Shown here: one piece after another, positions 22,207 through 32,423 of the stretch
How the letters are laid out: each line of letters starts with the position of its first letter
Position numbering within the stretch: the stretch's first letter is position 1
From: Xanthobacteraceae bacterium
GTDB taxonomy: Bacteria > Pseudomonadota > Alphaproteobacteria > Rhizobiales > Xanthobacteraceae
Reading direction: 5' to 3'
Assembly: GCA_035546235.1 (NCBI GenBank)
Contig: DASZWK010000398.1
Location: forward strand, 3,372-67,371
DNA: 64,000 nt
Position numbers and translations under genes: made by a program
Notes under the pieces: model-generated
Told to the model about the DNA's origin: nothing
What the model saw: only the letters and a program-made list of their open reading frames with translations
Database searches by the model: none

Positions 22207-22494
22207 ATGTGCTCCTACATTGTTGAAAAAGCGGCCCTCGTCGGCAGCGCCAAAGGCCGCAAGGGCTGGATGAAGATCGACACTGCGAACGTTTATTTCG
22301 ATCACCCGTTCTACTCGACGCTCGATCACGTGCTCGCCATCGACTTCACTAATGAAGGCGAGGGCGGCCGCGACCGCGTGGCCGTCGAATTGAGCGCGGA
22401 GTCTGCGCGCGCTTTGGTCGATCGCATCCTGGCCGCGCTCGCGAGCGGCGAGGCGGCGCACATCCCCACGCAAGTGCCAGTCGCTGCCGAGTGA
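22207..22494 (+). CDS. small conserved hypothetical protein (possibly DUF6295-like)
   Basis: 95 aa, starting 12 nt after the DLH stop. The family assignment is from memory only. Confidence 0.45.
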   Translation: MCSYIVEKAALVGSAKGRKGWMKIDTANVYFDHPFYSTLDHVLAIDFTNEGEGGRDRVAVELSAESARALVDRILAALASGEAAHIPTQVPVAAE

Positions 22495-22603
22495 GGCGTG
22501 GGCGGTGAGGCGGGCGTCCGATCGCCTGGCCTTACCGTTTGAAAAATCCATCGCAATCGGCGGCGTACTTTGACGCCGCCATAAACCGCGGGGGAGGAAA
22601 CAG

Positions 22604-23482
22604 ATGAACGTTGCTGTGAAGCCGAAGGCCACGAGCGGGTCGTTCGAGATCGTCCCGCTGACCAAGCATATCGGCGCGGAAATCCGCGGCATCGATCTGC
22701 GGGAAAAGCCCAGCGTCGAAACCGTGCGGGCGATCTATCAGGCTTGGCTCGATCACCTCGTGCTGATCTTTCCCGGCCAAGAACTCTCCCAGGAAGATCT
22801 GATCCGCGCCACCGGCTTTTTTGGTGAAATGGGCGCACTATCGCGGCCGCCGAAATATTTCCCGAAGGGCTATTCGAAGCTTTTGCCGGGCATCATGATG
22901 ATCTCCAACATACGCGAGAACGGCGAGCCGATCGGGGCGCTGCCGGACGGCGAGATGATGTTCCATCACGACATGATTCATGCCGAAGTGCCGAGCAAGG
23001 CGACGCTGCTCTATTCGGTGGAGATTCCGTCAGCCGGCGGCAACACGCTGTTCGCCAGTGGCTATGCGGCCTATGACACGCTCGATCCTGCGATTCGCGA
23101 ACGGCTCGAAGGCAAGAAGGCGCTGCATCACTACAACTACGGCTCGACCATCCGCGGCGATAACCGCGGTACGGAAGCATTTGCCGAGCGGGAGCATCCA
23201 GTGTTTCGCACCCATGAGGACACCGGCAGGAAAGCGGTCTACGTCAATCGGCTGATGACGGTGAAAGTGCTTGATATCCCCGAGGACGAAAGTGGGCGGC
23301 TGCTCAACGCGGTATACGACCACGCGGAGAAGCGCGAGTTCGTCTACGAGCACGCTTGGCGCGTCGGCGATCTCCTGTTGTGGGACAACCGCTGCTCCTC
23401 GCACGCGCGCACTGATTTCCCTTCGACCGAACGCCGGCTGATGCTGCGAACCACGGTACAGGGCACGGTCCGGCCGTATTGA
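22604..23482 (+). CDS. TauD/TfdA family Fe(II)/2-oxoglutarate dioxygenase
   Basis: The HHDMIH (H-x-D) metal motif and C-terminal WDNRCSSHAR are typical of TauD/TfdA. Confidence 0.85.
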   Translation: MNVAVKPKATSGSFEIVPLTKHIGAEIRGIDLREKPSVETVRAIYQAWLDHLVLIFPGQELSQEDLIRATGFFGEMGALSRPPKYFPKGYSKLLPGIMMISNIRENGEPIGALPDGEMMFHHDMIHAEVPSKATLLYSVEIPSAGGNTLFASGYAAYDTLDPAIRERLEGKKALHHYNYGSTIRGDNRGTEAFAEREHPVFRTHEDTGRKAVYVNRLMTVKVLDIPEDESGRLLNAVYDHAEKREFVYEHAWRVGDLLLWDNRCSSHARTDFPSTERRLMLRTTVQGTVRPY

Positions 23483-23590
23483 AGGCGGGCTGCCGGTGCG
23501 CAAATTTCCTGTTGAGCGTATCTTCGTTGCAACAGCCAAAGCCGTCAGCCTCGCTACAATAGGCCACGACGCCATGCGGGATTCGTGGTC

Positions 23591-24496
23591 ATGATCCAAT
23601 CACTTCTCAAGACAACACTGCTGAAGGTCGTGCTGCTCGGCGCCTGCGCCGCCGCCCTGGTGCCGTTCTGGAGTGCTCCCGCGCACACCGCAGATTTGAC
23701 GCCGCTCTACAAGGCGCCACCGCCTGTCTATTCAAGCTGGACTGGCTTTTATGTGGGCGGCGAACTCGGGGGCACATGGGGCGACGGCACCTGGACGGCG
23801 ACGTCACTGCGTGATCCTCCGGGAATCCCGCCGACGATCGGCATCGTGCTGCCGATCGACGCTTCCTCGCCCACCGACTACCGGCCGGGTTCGCTCCGCT
23901 ATGGCGGTTATGTCGGTTACAATTGGCAATTCGATCCGAAATGGGTCGCCGGCATCGAGGGCGATCTGGCATACGCCAATGGCAGCGCAAGCTTTTCCGG
24001 GTTTCCCGGTTGCGCGCTCGGGCCCTGCACGTTCCCCGGCAGCGGCTTCAACGCTCCGGTCGATAGCACGTCGCTTCGACTGCAGGGCGACGGCAGCCTG
24101 CGTCCGCGGCTTGGATATTTGGTGCGGCCGAACCTGATGCTGTTCGGAACCGGCGGCGTTGCGTGGCAGCGGATTCAGACGAGCGGCACCTGCGGCCCGC
24201 TGATCGCGTCGGATTATTGCAATGGCATCAAGCCGCTGGTGCCGAGCTCAATCACCAACACAAACACGCTGGTCGGCTGGACCGCGGGCCTGGGGGCCGA
24301 ATGGATGTTCGCGCCGCACTGGCTCGCTCGCGTCGAATACCGCTACGCCGATTTTGGCACGATCAGTGAGGTCTTCCCGTTCGGCTTTTCGCCGATTGCG
24401 GGCGACAACACCTATCGCTTCCGCATGGCGGTGCAGACGCAAATGCTTTCGCTCGGCGTCGCCTATAAATTCGATGCTTTCGGCGGGATGCGGTAG
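23591..24496 (+). CDS. outer-membrane beta-barrel protein (Omp25/RopB/porin-family-like)
   Basis: Signal peptide ending APAHTA, alternating aromatic beta-strand pattern, and a C-terminal ...GVAYKF segment. Confidence 0.7.
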   Translation: MIQSLLKTTLLKVVLLGACAAALVPFWSAPAHTADLTPLYKAPPPVYSSWTGFYVGGELGGTWGDGTWTATSLRDPPGIPPTIGIVLPIDASSPTDYRPGSLRYGGYVGYNWQFDPKWVAGIEGDLAYANGSASFSGFPGCALGPCTFPGSGFNAPVDSTSLRLQGDGSLRPRLGYLVRPNLMLFGTGGVAWQRIQTSGTCGPLIASDYCNGIKPLVPSSITNTNTLVGWTAGLGAEWMFAPHWLARVEYRYADFGTISEVFPFGFSPIAGDNTYRFRMAVQTQMLSLGVAYKFDAFGGMR

Positions 24497-24515
24497 GCTA
24501 CGGTAGCCCCGCAGC

Positions 24516-25565
24516 TCAGCGTACGCCGCCAGCGTTGACGATCGGCCCGCTGTAGCCTTCGAAGCGCTTGCGCAACGCTGCGACCTGGGTCTGGTCGGTG
24601 AGGAAGGCGACGTAATCGTTGGCGACGTTGTAGGACAGGATCGGTTTCTCGCCGGCCGGCGGCGGTACGTCGCTGCGCGGCGACCAGGTCGGCAGCTTCG
24701 ATTGCTGTTCCGGCTCCAACAGCCATGACAGGAACAGTTTCGCTGCGTTCGGATGCGGCGCACCCTTGAAGATCGCTCCGGTGAGCGGCCAGATCGGCAG
24801 CGCATCCACCGTCGGGATATGAGAATCTACCGGCATGCCTTGCCGCTTCAAACCGCTGGTAATGTCGAGAATGGAATCGAAGGTGACGAGGTTCTGCCCG
24901 GAACCGATGCTGCGCTGTTCGCCGAGATGGCCCTGGATGAAGGTCGGCTTGGCGGCCATGTACTTGTCCATGTAGCCCCAGCCGTATTTTTGCACGATGT
25001 GATAAAATACCCACAGCGTCACGTCGTCGTCGGCCGGATAGGCGGTAACGATCTTACCGTGAAATTGCGGCTTCAGGAAATCCATCGCCGAATTCGGAAT
25101 GTCGGCCGCCGCCACCTTCTGCGTGTTGTACATGTACGGCACGACGTTGATCATCGTCGCCCAGTACGCGCCGTCGGCGTCCTTGAAAGCGGCGTCCATC
25201 TTGTCGAAGCCGGGCGGCTTGAATGTCACCAGCCGGCCTTCGCGCTTCCAGCGCACGTAGTCGGCGGCGGTTTGCAGAATGGCGGCGTCGACCTCAAGCT
25301 TCTTGGCCGCGATCTGCTGATCGATCTTCTGATCGAGCACATTGGAAAAGCCGCCACCGATCGACACTTTGATGCCCGGATACTTTTCCTCAAAAGCTTT
25401 TGTCCGAGCCTCCCAGGGCGCGGTCGGCCCGCCGACATAGAAGGCGAAGGCGCCTTCCGGCTTGGCCTTGGCGTAAAGTTCGTCGAGCGACTGCGCCTGC
25501 GCGGCAAGCGTCGCCGAAGCCATCAATCCGAGCGTGGCCAGTGCTGTCGCCAACCGGTTCGCCAT
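24516..25565 (-). CDS. ABC-transporter periplasmic solute-binding protein (iron(III)/extracellular solute-binding family), orphan
   Basis: ATG 25565 gives MANRLATALATLGLMASATLAAQAQ, a signal peptide. No permease or ATPase gene is adjacent. Confidence 0.7.
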   Translation of the reverse strand: MANRLATALATLGLMASATLAAQAQSLDELYAKAKPEGAFAFYVGGPTAPWEARTKAFEEKYPGIKVSIGGGFSNVLDQKIDQQIAAKKLEVDAAILQTAADYVRWKREGRLVTFKPPGFDKMDAAFKDADGAYWATMINVVPYMYNTQKVAAADIPNSAMDFLKPQFHGKIVTAYPADDDVTLWVFYHIVQKYGWGYMDKYMAAKPTFIQGHLGEQRSIGSGQNLVTFDSILDITSGLKRQGMPVDSHIPTVDALPIWPLTGAIFKGAPHPNAAKLFLSWLLEPEQQSKLPTWSPRSDVPPPAGEKPILSYNVANDYVAFLTDQTQVAALRKRFEGYSGPIVNAGGVR

Positions 25566-25742
25566 CGTCTTCTCCCTCGACCTGGTTTTTCGATCATCGC
25601 CGCCGCCGTGCGCGAACGCAAGCGGCGAGAAAGGCGGATGACTTGTGCGTGCGTGAGGGTGCCGTCTCGCCAAAACTAGCACCGTCATGCTAACTGAGGC
25701 GAATCGCCGTCACGCCGTTTATCGCAAATAGGGACGTATCCA

Positions 25743-25952
25743 ATGCGAATGCTCGCTTATGTGCTTGCCATCATCTGCATTATTGTCGCGGTGATGTATT
25801 ACACGATGCAGGCTGGCCAATTGCCGACATTCATGCCGGGCTACGCGGCGGGTTCGACGCACGTTCACCACACTCATGCGCTCGCGGCGGCCGTGGCGGC
25901 CGTGGTGCTGTTTGGTCTCGGCTGGTTTATGGGACGTTCACGCGCGGCGTAG
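25743..25952 (+). CDS. small two-TM membrane protein with His-rich loop
   Basis: 69 aa with two hydrophobic helices flanking GSTHVHHTH. Confidence 0.4.
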   Translation: MRMLAYVLAIICIIVAVMYYTMQAGQLPTFMPGYAAGSTHVHHTHALAAAVAAVVLFGLGWFMGRSRAA

Positions 25953-25963
25953 CTAGGCACCGC

Positions 25964-26416
25964 TCACCGCTCGCCACGAATCTTGCGCTGCACCCGTTCG
26001 TCGAAGCGTGCGACGCTGACCACGACCCGCTGGTGCGTGCCTCCGCCGATCCGCTCGTAATCGTCGCGCGCTTCGACGTTAAAGGTCACGGTGCGGCCCT
26101 CGACGTGCACGACCTCGGCGGTTGCGGTGACGCGGAGCCCGATTGGCGTCGCCGCCACGTGGCTGACATCGAGGTGGATGCCGAGGCTCTGGTGCCCCTC
26201 GGGCAAAAGGTGCTCGATCGCCGCCAGCGCCGCGGCTTCGATGACGTTGATCATCACCGGCGTCGCCAGCACGGCGATTCGCCCCGAACCGACGAAAGGT
26301 GCGGTGTGCTCCGGGCCGACGACAAGGTCCGAACTGCCGCGCATGCCGGGCGTGATGCGGGCGAGGACGGCGCTGACCTTTCCGGCCTTGGATGCTTCAC
26401 TCGAAGGCATAAGCAC
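25964..26416 (-). CDS. hotdog-fold thioesterase (FlK-like)
   Basis: 150 aa. The VLATPVMINVIEAAA...GRTVTFNVEARD pattern resembles fluoroacetyl-CoA-thioesterase-type hotdog proteins. Confidence 0.6.
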   Translation of the reverse strand: MLMPSSEASKAGKVSAVLARITPGMRGSSDLVVGPEHTAPFVGSGRIAVLATPVMINVIEAAALAAIEHLLPEGHQSLGIHLDVSHVAATPIGLRVTATAEVVHVEGRTVTFNVEARDDYERIGGGTHQRVVVSVARFDERVQRKIRGER

Positions 26417-26578
26417 TGACTCGCTGGCCCTGTCCGGGAATCATGCCATAACCCCCGCGCGCCCGCCTGCCGCCCCAGTTTCGGCGATCAGCGGCCGCAA
26501 TCGGCGCTCACGAACAATGCCCGTTCCGCAGCAAAGCCACAAAATGCTAGGCTCTGTCCAGCAGCGAGGAGGTCCGCA

Positions 26579-26866
26579 ATGCATCGACATGTCGCCGTAG
26601 TCGCAAGTGTGCTTGCTCTGTCGCTCGGGATGCTGCTGCCAAGTGCGCCGGCTTCCGCGATCACCAAGGCACAGAAGCTCAAGACCTGCGAATTCGGCGC
26701 CGATCATCCTGAAGGCGGCGGTGCGAAGCTCGTTGGCGGAAAGCGCAAGCAGTTCGTCGACCGGTGCATGTCGGGTAAGAACGACCCGCGCGGTCCTGCC
26801 GTCGGAACGCCTGGCACAGCGCGAGGCTCGGAGGCCGAGCCTCCGGATCAGCCGGAGCCGAAATAG
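26579..26866 (+). CDS. PsiF-repeat-like secreted protein
   Basis: Signal peptide, then KAQKLKTCEF...GKRKQFVDRCMSG, which resembles the PsiF motif. Confidence 0.5.
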   Translation: MHRHVAVVASVLALSLGMLLPSAPASAITKAQKLKTCEFGADHPEGGGAKLVGGKRKQFVDRCMSGKNDPRGPAVGTPGTARGSEAEPPDQPEPK

Positions 26867-26964
26867 ACGCACCATCGCGGACGGCCGCCTGCGCTATCCG
26901 GTGGTCGGGCCTGATCGAGGGCCGTGCTAAACGGTCCCGAGTACAATCGAAGGGGGAGGGGAGC

Positions 26965-28278
26965 ATGAGCACGCAGACGGGCGCGCAGCCCGCTACGCAC
27001 TTCCGGCGCGGTTGGATTTACGTTCTGCTGCTGGCGCTGGTCACGATCAACTACATGGACCGGTCGGCGCTGGGTGTGGTCGCTCAGGCGGTGCGCGGCG
27101 AGTTCAAGCTGTCGCCGGTGCAGATGGGCTACCTGTTTTCGTCGTTCCTGTGGACCTACGCGCTGTGCGTCCTGCCCGTCGGCATTCTGCTGGATCGCTT
27201 CTCGGCGCGGAACATCAATTCGACCGGCATTGCGCTGTGGTCGCTGGTCATGGCCGCGACCGCCGCCGTTTCAAGTTTCACCGGCCTGATGGCGACCCGT
27301 CTCCTCATGGGAGCGTTCGAAGCGACGTCGATTCCCTCCAGCGGCCGCATCGTGCGCGAATGGATGCCGGCGCGCGAGCGCGGCGTCGCCAACGTCTTCT
27401 GGAGCGCGGGCAGCTTCGTCGGTCCCGCCATCGGCGCCGTCATCACCGCGTCGATTGCCAGCGCCTATGGCTGGCGCGGTGCCTTCGTCGTCCTCGGTGC
27501 GCTCGGCTTCGTCTGGCTGATCTGCAATCTGGTCTGGTTCGACCGGCCAGAAAAGGTCAAATGGCTCAGCGACGACGAGCGCCGCAAGATTTTGACTGAA
27601 CGGTCGGCCGGCTCGCCCGACGAGATCGGAACGCCCGGCAGCGCCGGCGTCGTGTTGGAGCTGTTGCGGTCGCCGTCGATGTGGGGCGCGATGATCGCGC
27701 AGGCAGCCGGCATCTATGCGCTTTATCTGCTCTTGTTCTGGCTGCCGAGCTATCTGCAGGAAACCAAGCATCTGACCATCATGAAGACCGGTCTCTACAC
27801 GGCGGTACCGTGGGCGATCGCGGTGCCGGTCAGTATCGTGATCGGCATTGTCAGCGATCGCGTCTTGGCCTCGCATACGCTGCTGGCCGGCGGCCGGCGC
27901 GGCATGGTCATCGTCTGCGTGCTGCTCGCGGCCGTTATGGTGTTCGTGCCTTTCACCGACAACACCAGCCTGATCCTCGCGCTGTTCGCGCTGTCGCTGT
28001 CCGGCATCAATGCGGCCATTTCGCTCAACGTCACGCTGGTGACCGATCTCGTCCATCGCGTGCGCGATGTCGGCAAGGCCATCAGTCTGACGATCCTGGC
28101 CGGCAACGTGTGTGGCCTTTTGGCGCCGATCGTTACCGGCTATGTGGTGGCCGGACTGCACTCGTACGATTGGGCCTTGTGGATCGCCGGTATTCTCCTG
28201 GTCATCGGCGCGATAGCGCTCGGCACCATGACTCGCGGGGTGATCCTGCCGGCCAATGGCGCCCGACAGGGTGGTTGA
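26965..28278 (+). CDS. MFS transporter (anion:cation symporter-like)
   Basis: 437 aa with about 12 TM helices, the NYMDRSALG motif and a central loop. Confidence 0.85.
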   Translation: MSTQTGAQPATHFRRGWIYVLLLALVTINYMDRSALGVVAQAVRGEFKLSPVQMGYLFSSFLWTYALCVLPVGILLDRFSARNINSTGIALWSLVMAATAAVSSFTGLMATRLLMGAFEATSIPSSGRIVREWMPARERGVANVFWSAGSFVGPAIGAVITASIASAYGWRGAFVVLGALGFVWLICNLVWFDRPEKVKWLSDDERRKILTERSAGSPDEIGTPGSAGVVLELLRSPSMWGAMIAQAAGIYALYLLLFWLPSYLQETKHLTIMKTGLYTAVPWAIAVPVSIVIGIVSDRVLASHTLLAGGRRGMVIVCVLLAAVMVFVPFTDNTSLILALFALSLSGINAAISLNVTLVTDLVHRVRDVGKAISLTILAGNVCGLLAPIVTGYVVAGLHSYDWALWIAGILLVIGAIALGTMTRGVILPANGARQGG

Positions 28279-28359
28279 GCACGGCCAAGGCTAGCTTTAG
28301 ACTCCGCCCACGAAGGATCTTCGCCAGTCCCATCCATCCGCGTTGAAGGACTTTTCGAC

Positions 28360-29256
28360 ATGAGCACCGTCACCCTGGAAGCCAAACCCGCCGCATTCGA
28401 CGTGACTGAGGTCGAGTACCTCCGCCACGGCAACAAGCCGCTGTTGGCGCGCATCTATAAGCCGGCCGGGGAAGGCCCATTCCCCGCCATGGTCGAGTGC
28501 CACGGCGGCGCCTGGTGCATGAGCGACCGGATGTCCGAGCGTCAGCGCCACGAATACATGGCGTCTCACGGCGTGGTGTCGATCGCGCTCGATTTCCGTT
28601 CCGGCAACGAGGATCCGTATCCGGCCTCGGTGCAGGACATCAATTACGCGGTCCGCTGGGCCAAGGCGAACGCCCGCAGCCTGAAGACCCGTCCCGAACT
28701 GATCGGCCTGTCCGGACAGTCGAGCGGCGGCCATCTGGCAATGCTGGTCGCCATGCGGCCGAACGATCCGCGCTACACTGCAATCGCGCTGCCGGCAGGC
28801 ACGCCGGCGCAGGACGCCAGCGTCCGCTGCGTGATCATGTCATGGCCGGTGATCAATCCGCTGAGCCGCTATCGCCACGCCAAGCACGATCTGGCGAGCG
28901 GCAAGGCATGGGGCAAGGACATCATTCCGCGGCATGACTCCTACTGGGGCACGGAAGCCAACATGGCGGAAGGCAACCCCATGCTGGCGCTCGAGCGCGG
29001 CGAGAAAGTTTCGCTGCCGCCGGCGATCTGGTTCCAGGGCAAGAACGACACTCAGCACGATTACAAGGATGCGGATTCCGATTTTCCGGGCAACGAGCCG
29101 GTGCGCTTCTGCGCCAACTACAAGAAGGCCGGCGGAGATATTATCCTTGAGCGTATCGACATGGATCGCAGCGCCACGCACACGCCCGACCTGAGCAAGA
29201 CCGGCGACATGTTTGCCCACATGGTGCAATTCATCGGCAAGCACATAAAGGCGTAA
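28360..29256 (+). CDS. alpha/beta hydrolase (esterase/lipase family)
   Basis: HGGAW oxyanion motif and GQSSGGH nucleophile elbow. Confidence 0.75.
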   Translation: MSTVTLEAKPAAFDVTEVEYLRHGNKPLLARIYKPAGEGPFPAMVECHGGAWCMSDRMSERQRHEYMASHGVVSIALDFRSGNEDPYPASVQDINYAVRWAKANARSLKTRPELIGLSGQSSGGHLAMLVAMRPNDPRYTAIALPAGTPAQDASVRCVIMSWPVINPLSRYRHAKHDLASGKAWGKDIIPRHDSYWGTEANMAEGNPMLALERGEKVSLPPAIWFQGKNDTQHDYKDADSDFPGNEPVRFCANYKKAGGDIILERIDMDRSATHTPDLSKTGDMFAHMVQFIGKHIKA

Positions 29257-29408
29257 GAGCCGCGGGCGCGACCATAGGGCGCGCAACCAGGCCCGTCGCC
29301 GACGATGGGCGGAAATACCGCAGTGGCCCACGCGGATATTCGGCGTAGCCGAAGCGCGTGGGCTTTGTCTGTCGGTGCGGCCTTGTCCGCGAGCGATGGA
29401 GTTATCCG

Positions 29409-29639
29409 ATGAGCGATTGTCTGCACTGCGACATCAACGAACTGGTGCGCGAGCGTATTGAAGGCCAGGAGAGCGTGGATCTCGCGGACATGGTGGCCCG
29501 GATCTCGGAGAGTCTCGCCGAGACGATCATGCTCGGGCCGAAGGAACAGTGGGCCGCCTTGATGGCGGAAGCGATCCGTCATCTCGGACAGGTCGTCATT
29601 GAGGAGATCGACGGTGTCGAGAGCAGCACGGCGCATTAG
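29409..29639 (+). CDS. hypothetical small protein
   Basis: ATG 29409 preceded by GGAG. 76 aa, acidic, no family recognised. Confidence 0.35.
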   Translation: MSDCLHCDINELVRERIEGQESVDLADMVARISESLAETIMLGPKEQWAALMAEAIRHLGQVVIEEIDGVESSTAH

Positions 29640-29651
29640 CCGTGCGAGCAT

Positions 29652-29912
29652 TTATTGCCTGCGAGACCGCGCGAACGCCAGAGGCCGGCCGGCGGTGATG
29701 AATGCCAGACCGACGAACAACAGCGTCAATACAATGAAGATCATTGGCGACGGCGGATTGTCGCCCGTCAACGCCACTTTCAGCAGCACGACCGCGCACA
29801 GCACCAGGCTCGCCGCGTTGCTCGCCAAGCCCCAGCGCAGCCAATGCTTCTTCTGATTGTCCTGCTGCCGTCGCAGCATGGCGATTTCGGCTTCGAGTTG
29901 TTCCAGAGTCAT
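29652..29912 (-). CDS. hypothetical membrane protein
   Basis: 86 aa from ATG 29912, with a coiled N-terminus followed by two TM helices. Confidence 0.35.
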   Translation of the reverse strand: MTLEQLEAEIAMLRRQQDNQKKHWLRWGLASNAASLVLCAVVLLKVALTGDNPPSPMIFIVLTLLFVGLAFITAGRPLAFARSRRQ

Positions 29913-30013
29913 GGCAGCGTCTGCCCTGCCTTGGGTGATAATTGCTATCGCTGTGTCGTGGCCGCCTGGGCTAAGGTTCAACGCATTTTTGTGGCAAACA
30001 GGACCGTCTCAAT

Positions 30014-30811
30014 ATGGAACAGCAGGCAACGGCGACTGAGGACCTTCTTTTCGAGCTCCGCGACGGCATCGGCAGGATAACCTTCAACCGGCCGCAGGCC
30101 CGCAACGCCTTCACTTTCGCCATGTACGAGCGGCTGGCGCAGATCTGCGGTCAGGCGAATGAGGACCGCGCGATCAAGGTGCTGGTGCTGCAGGGCGCGG
30201 GCGACAAGGCGTTCGCCTCCGGCACCGACATCAATCAGTTCCGTGCCTTCAAAAGCCCGCAGGACGCGCTCGAATACGAGGCCCGCATCGATCGGGTTCA
30301 GACCGCGCTCGAGCAGTGCCGGGTGCCCACTATTGCGGCGATCAGCGGCGCCTGTACGGGCGGTGGTGGTGCGATTGCCGCCTGCTGCGATCTGCGCGTC
30401 GGCACCAAGACCACGCGGATCGGCTTTCCCATCGCCCGCACGCTCGGCAATTGCTTGTCGATGGCGAGCATCAGCCGGCTCACCGCCTTGATTGGGCCAG
30501 CGCGGGTCAAAGACCTGATTTTCTCCGCCCGGCTGGTCGGCGCCGAGGAGGCTTTCCACATCGGCCTGCTCACCGAAGTGGTGGAGGACCTCGACGCCCT
30601 GAACAAGCGCGCCGGCGAGCTTGCCGCAACGGTCGCCGCCAACGCGCCGCTGACGCTGGCGGCGACCAAGCAGGCGCTGGCGCGCCTGATGCGGCGGTTG
30701 ACGCGCGAGGAGGGCGAGGACCTGATCCTGATGTGCTACATGAGCCGCGATTTCCGCGAAGGCATGGATGCCTTCCTCAACAAGCGTGCGCCGCATTGGA
30801 GCGGCGAGTAG
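30014..30811 (+). CDS. enoyl-CoA hydratase/isomerase family protein
   Basis: Crotonase motifs FNRPQARNAF, AFASGTDI and GACTGGG. Confidence 0.8.
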   Translation: MEQQATATEDLLFELRDGIGRITFNRPQARNAFTFAMYERLAQICGQANEDRAIKVLVLQGAGDKAFASGTDINQFRAFKSPQDALEYEARIDRVQTALEQCRVPTIAAISGACTGGGGAIAACCDLRVGTKTTRIGFPIARTLGNCLSMASISRLTALIGPARVKDLIFSARLVGAEEAFHIGLLTEVVEDLDALNKRAGELAATVAANAPLTLAATKQALARLMRRLTREEGEDLILMCYMSRDFREGMDAFLNKRAPHWSGE

Positions 30812-30916
30812 GTCAAGCGCTTCATTGAACGTCGGTGGACCTGCCGGCGACTAACCTGAGCCTGCGCTGCGGTCGACGTTCGTACCGCGGCCGCGTGTAT
30901 TGGCTCGGACTGTCGC

Positions 30917-31456
30917 ATGGACCTGCCGGTCTTTCGTTATCATCCCGATCCGATTGCGAGCGGCAGCATTGTCCGCTCCGATGCCGAGTGCGTGTGCTGC
31001 AACGCGCGCCGCGGCTTTATCTATACGGGTCCGGCCTATTGCGTGACCGAATTGGATGATGCGCTTTGTCCGTGGTGTATCGCGGACGGTTCAGCATACG
31101 AGACATTCGACGCAAACTTCGCCGATCCGGCCGGTTTTCCCGACGCTGTACCGCGCGGCGTCATTGAGGAGATTGCCTACCGGACGCCCGGTTTTAATTC
31201 GTGGCAGGAGGGTAAATGGCTCACCTGCTGTGGCGATGCGGCGTTATTCCTCGAACCGGTCGGCCTCGCCGAGCTACGCGCCCGTTACCCGCAACTCGAG
31301 GGCGCGCTGATGACGTACATCGTACACGAGCTTGGGATATCGGGCAGCGCGGCCGTTCGCTTGCTGCAGGCGCTTGATCGGGACCACGGTCCAACGGCCT
31401 ACGTCTTTGCGTGCCGCCACTGCGACGCGAAGCCAGCCTATGTCGATTATCTGTAG
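30917..31456 (+). CDS. CbrC (UPF0167) family protein
   Basis: FRYHPDP...C-x-CC...CPWCIADG is the pattern I associate with the CbrC/UPF0167 family. Confidence 0.6.
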   Translation: MDLPVFRYHPDPIASGSIVRSDAECVCCNARRGFIYTGPAYCVTELDDALCPWCIADGSAYETFDANFADPAGFPDAVPRGVIEEIAYRTPGFNSWQEGKWLTCCGDAALFLEPVGLAELRARYPQLEGALMTYIVHELGISGSAAVRLLQALDRDHGPTAYVFACRHCDAKPAYVDYL

Positions 31457-31476
31457 ATAGCCCGCGGGGCAAAATC

Positions 31477-31847
31477 ATGAAACTTATTCTGCTTGGCGGC
31501 CTGGTCTGCCTCGCCGAGCTGCCGTTCGTGCTGCCGAAAAAGGGCGGCGACGACATCGTTCATCGCTGGCTCTACACCGCCGATATCGATCGCATGCCCG
31601 ACGGCGATTGCAGTACGGACGATCTGGATGATGTTTATGAGGCCGGTGTTGACGGCCGATTCAGCAAGCTCATCGGCACCAACGCGCGGGGCCGAATTTC
31701 AACACGGCGGTCGACGGCTGGCAGCTTTCAGGCGCCGGCTATCAGTTGTGGGAGTTCATGCTCGAGCCTGACAAAGCCGACACCGCGGGGCAGCACTGGC
31801 ACTTGAAGCTTGCGATTAAGCGAAGACCGGAGCCGGTGCTGCCATAG
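31477..31847 (+). pseudogene. hypothetical gene with an apparent 1-nt frameshift near 31685-31692
   Basis: Frame 1 (MKLILLGG...GTNAR) has good GC3 up to a GCGCGGGGCC run. After that run, the stop-free frame reading PNFNTAVDGWQLSGAGYQLWEFMLEPDKADTAGQHWHLKLAIKRRPEPVLP* has clearly better GC3 than the continuing frame. Confidence 0.4.
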
Positions 31848-31858
31848 GGGTCGGTGCA

Positions 31859-32392
31859 TCAAAGCTGCGGCAGCATTCGCTGCATGACGCCGTCACGGTA
31901 GTAGAACAGGTGCAGGAATGCGGCGGCGACGTGAACGCCGATCAGGATCAGAAGCGCCCATTCGAAATCCTGATGCCAGCCGTCGAGGGTATGCACCAGT
32001 GATTGGCTTCCCGAAGTCAACATCGGAAATGGCGCCAGGAAAAACCACGAGACGTGCCAGCCTCGTGCTGAGGCAAACAGCCACCCCGAAACGGTCGTGG
32101 CCAGCACCAGCAGATAAAGCAGCCAATGCACTGCCCCCGAGGTGAGCCTCTGGTATGGCCGCAACGAGCTTTCCGGCGCTACCGGATGAGTCAACCGCCA
32201 CACCAATCGTGCAACAATCAGTGCGAGAATGACGGTGCCGATCGAGATGTGCCACGTCATGGCAATGCCGGGCGACATGTTGCGCCTGATGTTGGGCATC
32301 AGCCAGCCGATCAGATATTGTGTGAGCAGAAGAGCGACCACGATCCAGTGCAAAATCTTGGCCGTGGTTCCGTAACGCGTTTGCATTTTCAT
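31859..32392 (-). CDS. cytochrome b561 family protein
   Basis: 177 aa with 4 TM helices. Conserved His residues are in TAKILHW and WHIS, as in the CybB family. Confidence 0.8.
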   Translation of the reverse strand: MKMQTRYGTTAKILHWIVVALLLTQYLIGWLMPNIRRNMSPGIAMTWHISIGTVILALIVARLVWRLTHPVAPESSLRPYQRLTSGAVHWLLYLLVLATTVSGWLFASARGWHVSWFFLAPFPMLTSGSQSLVHTLDGWHQDFEWALLILIGVHVAAAFLHLFYYRDGVMQRMLPQL

Positions 32393-32423
32393 CCGTCATA
32401 GCTCGCGGCTGGAGCTATGCATG

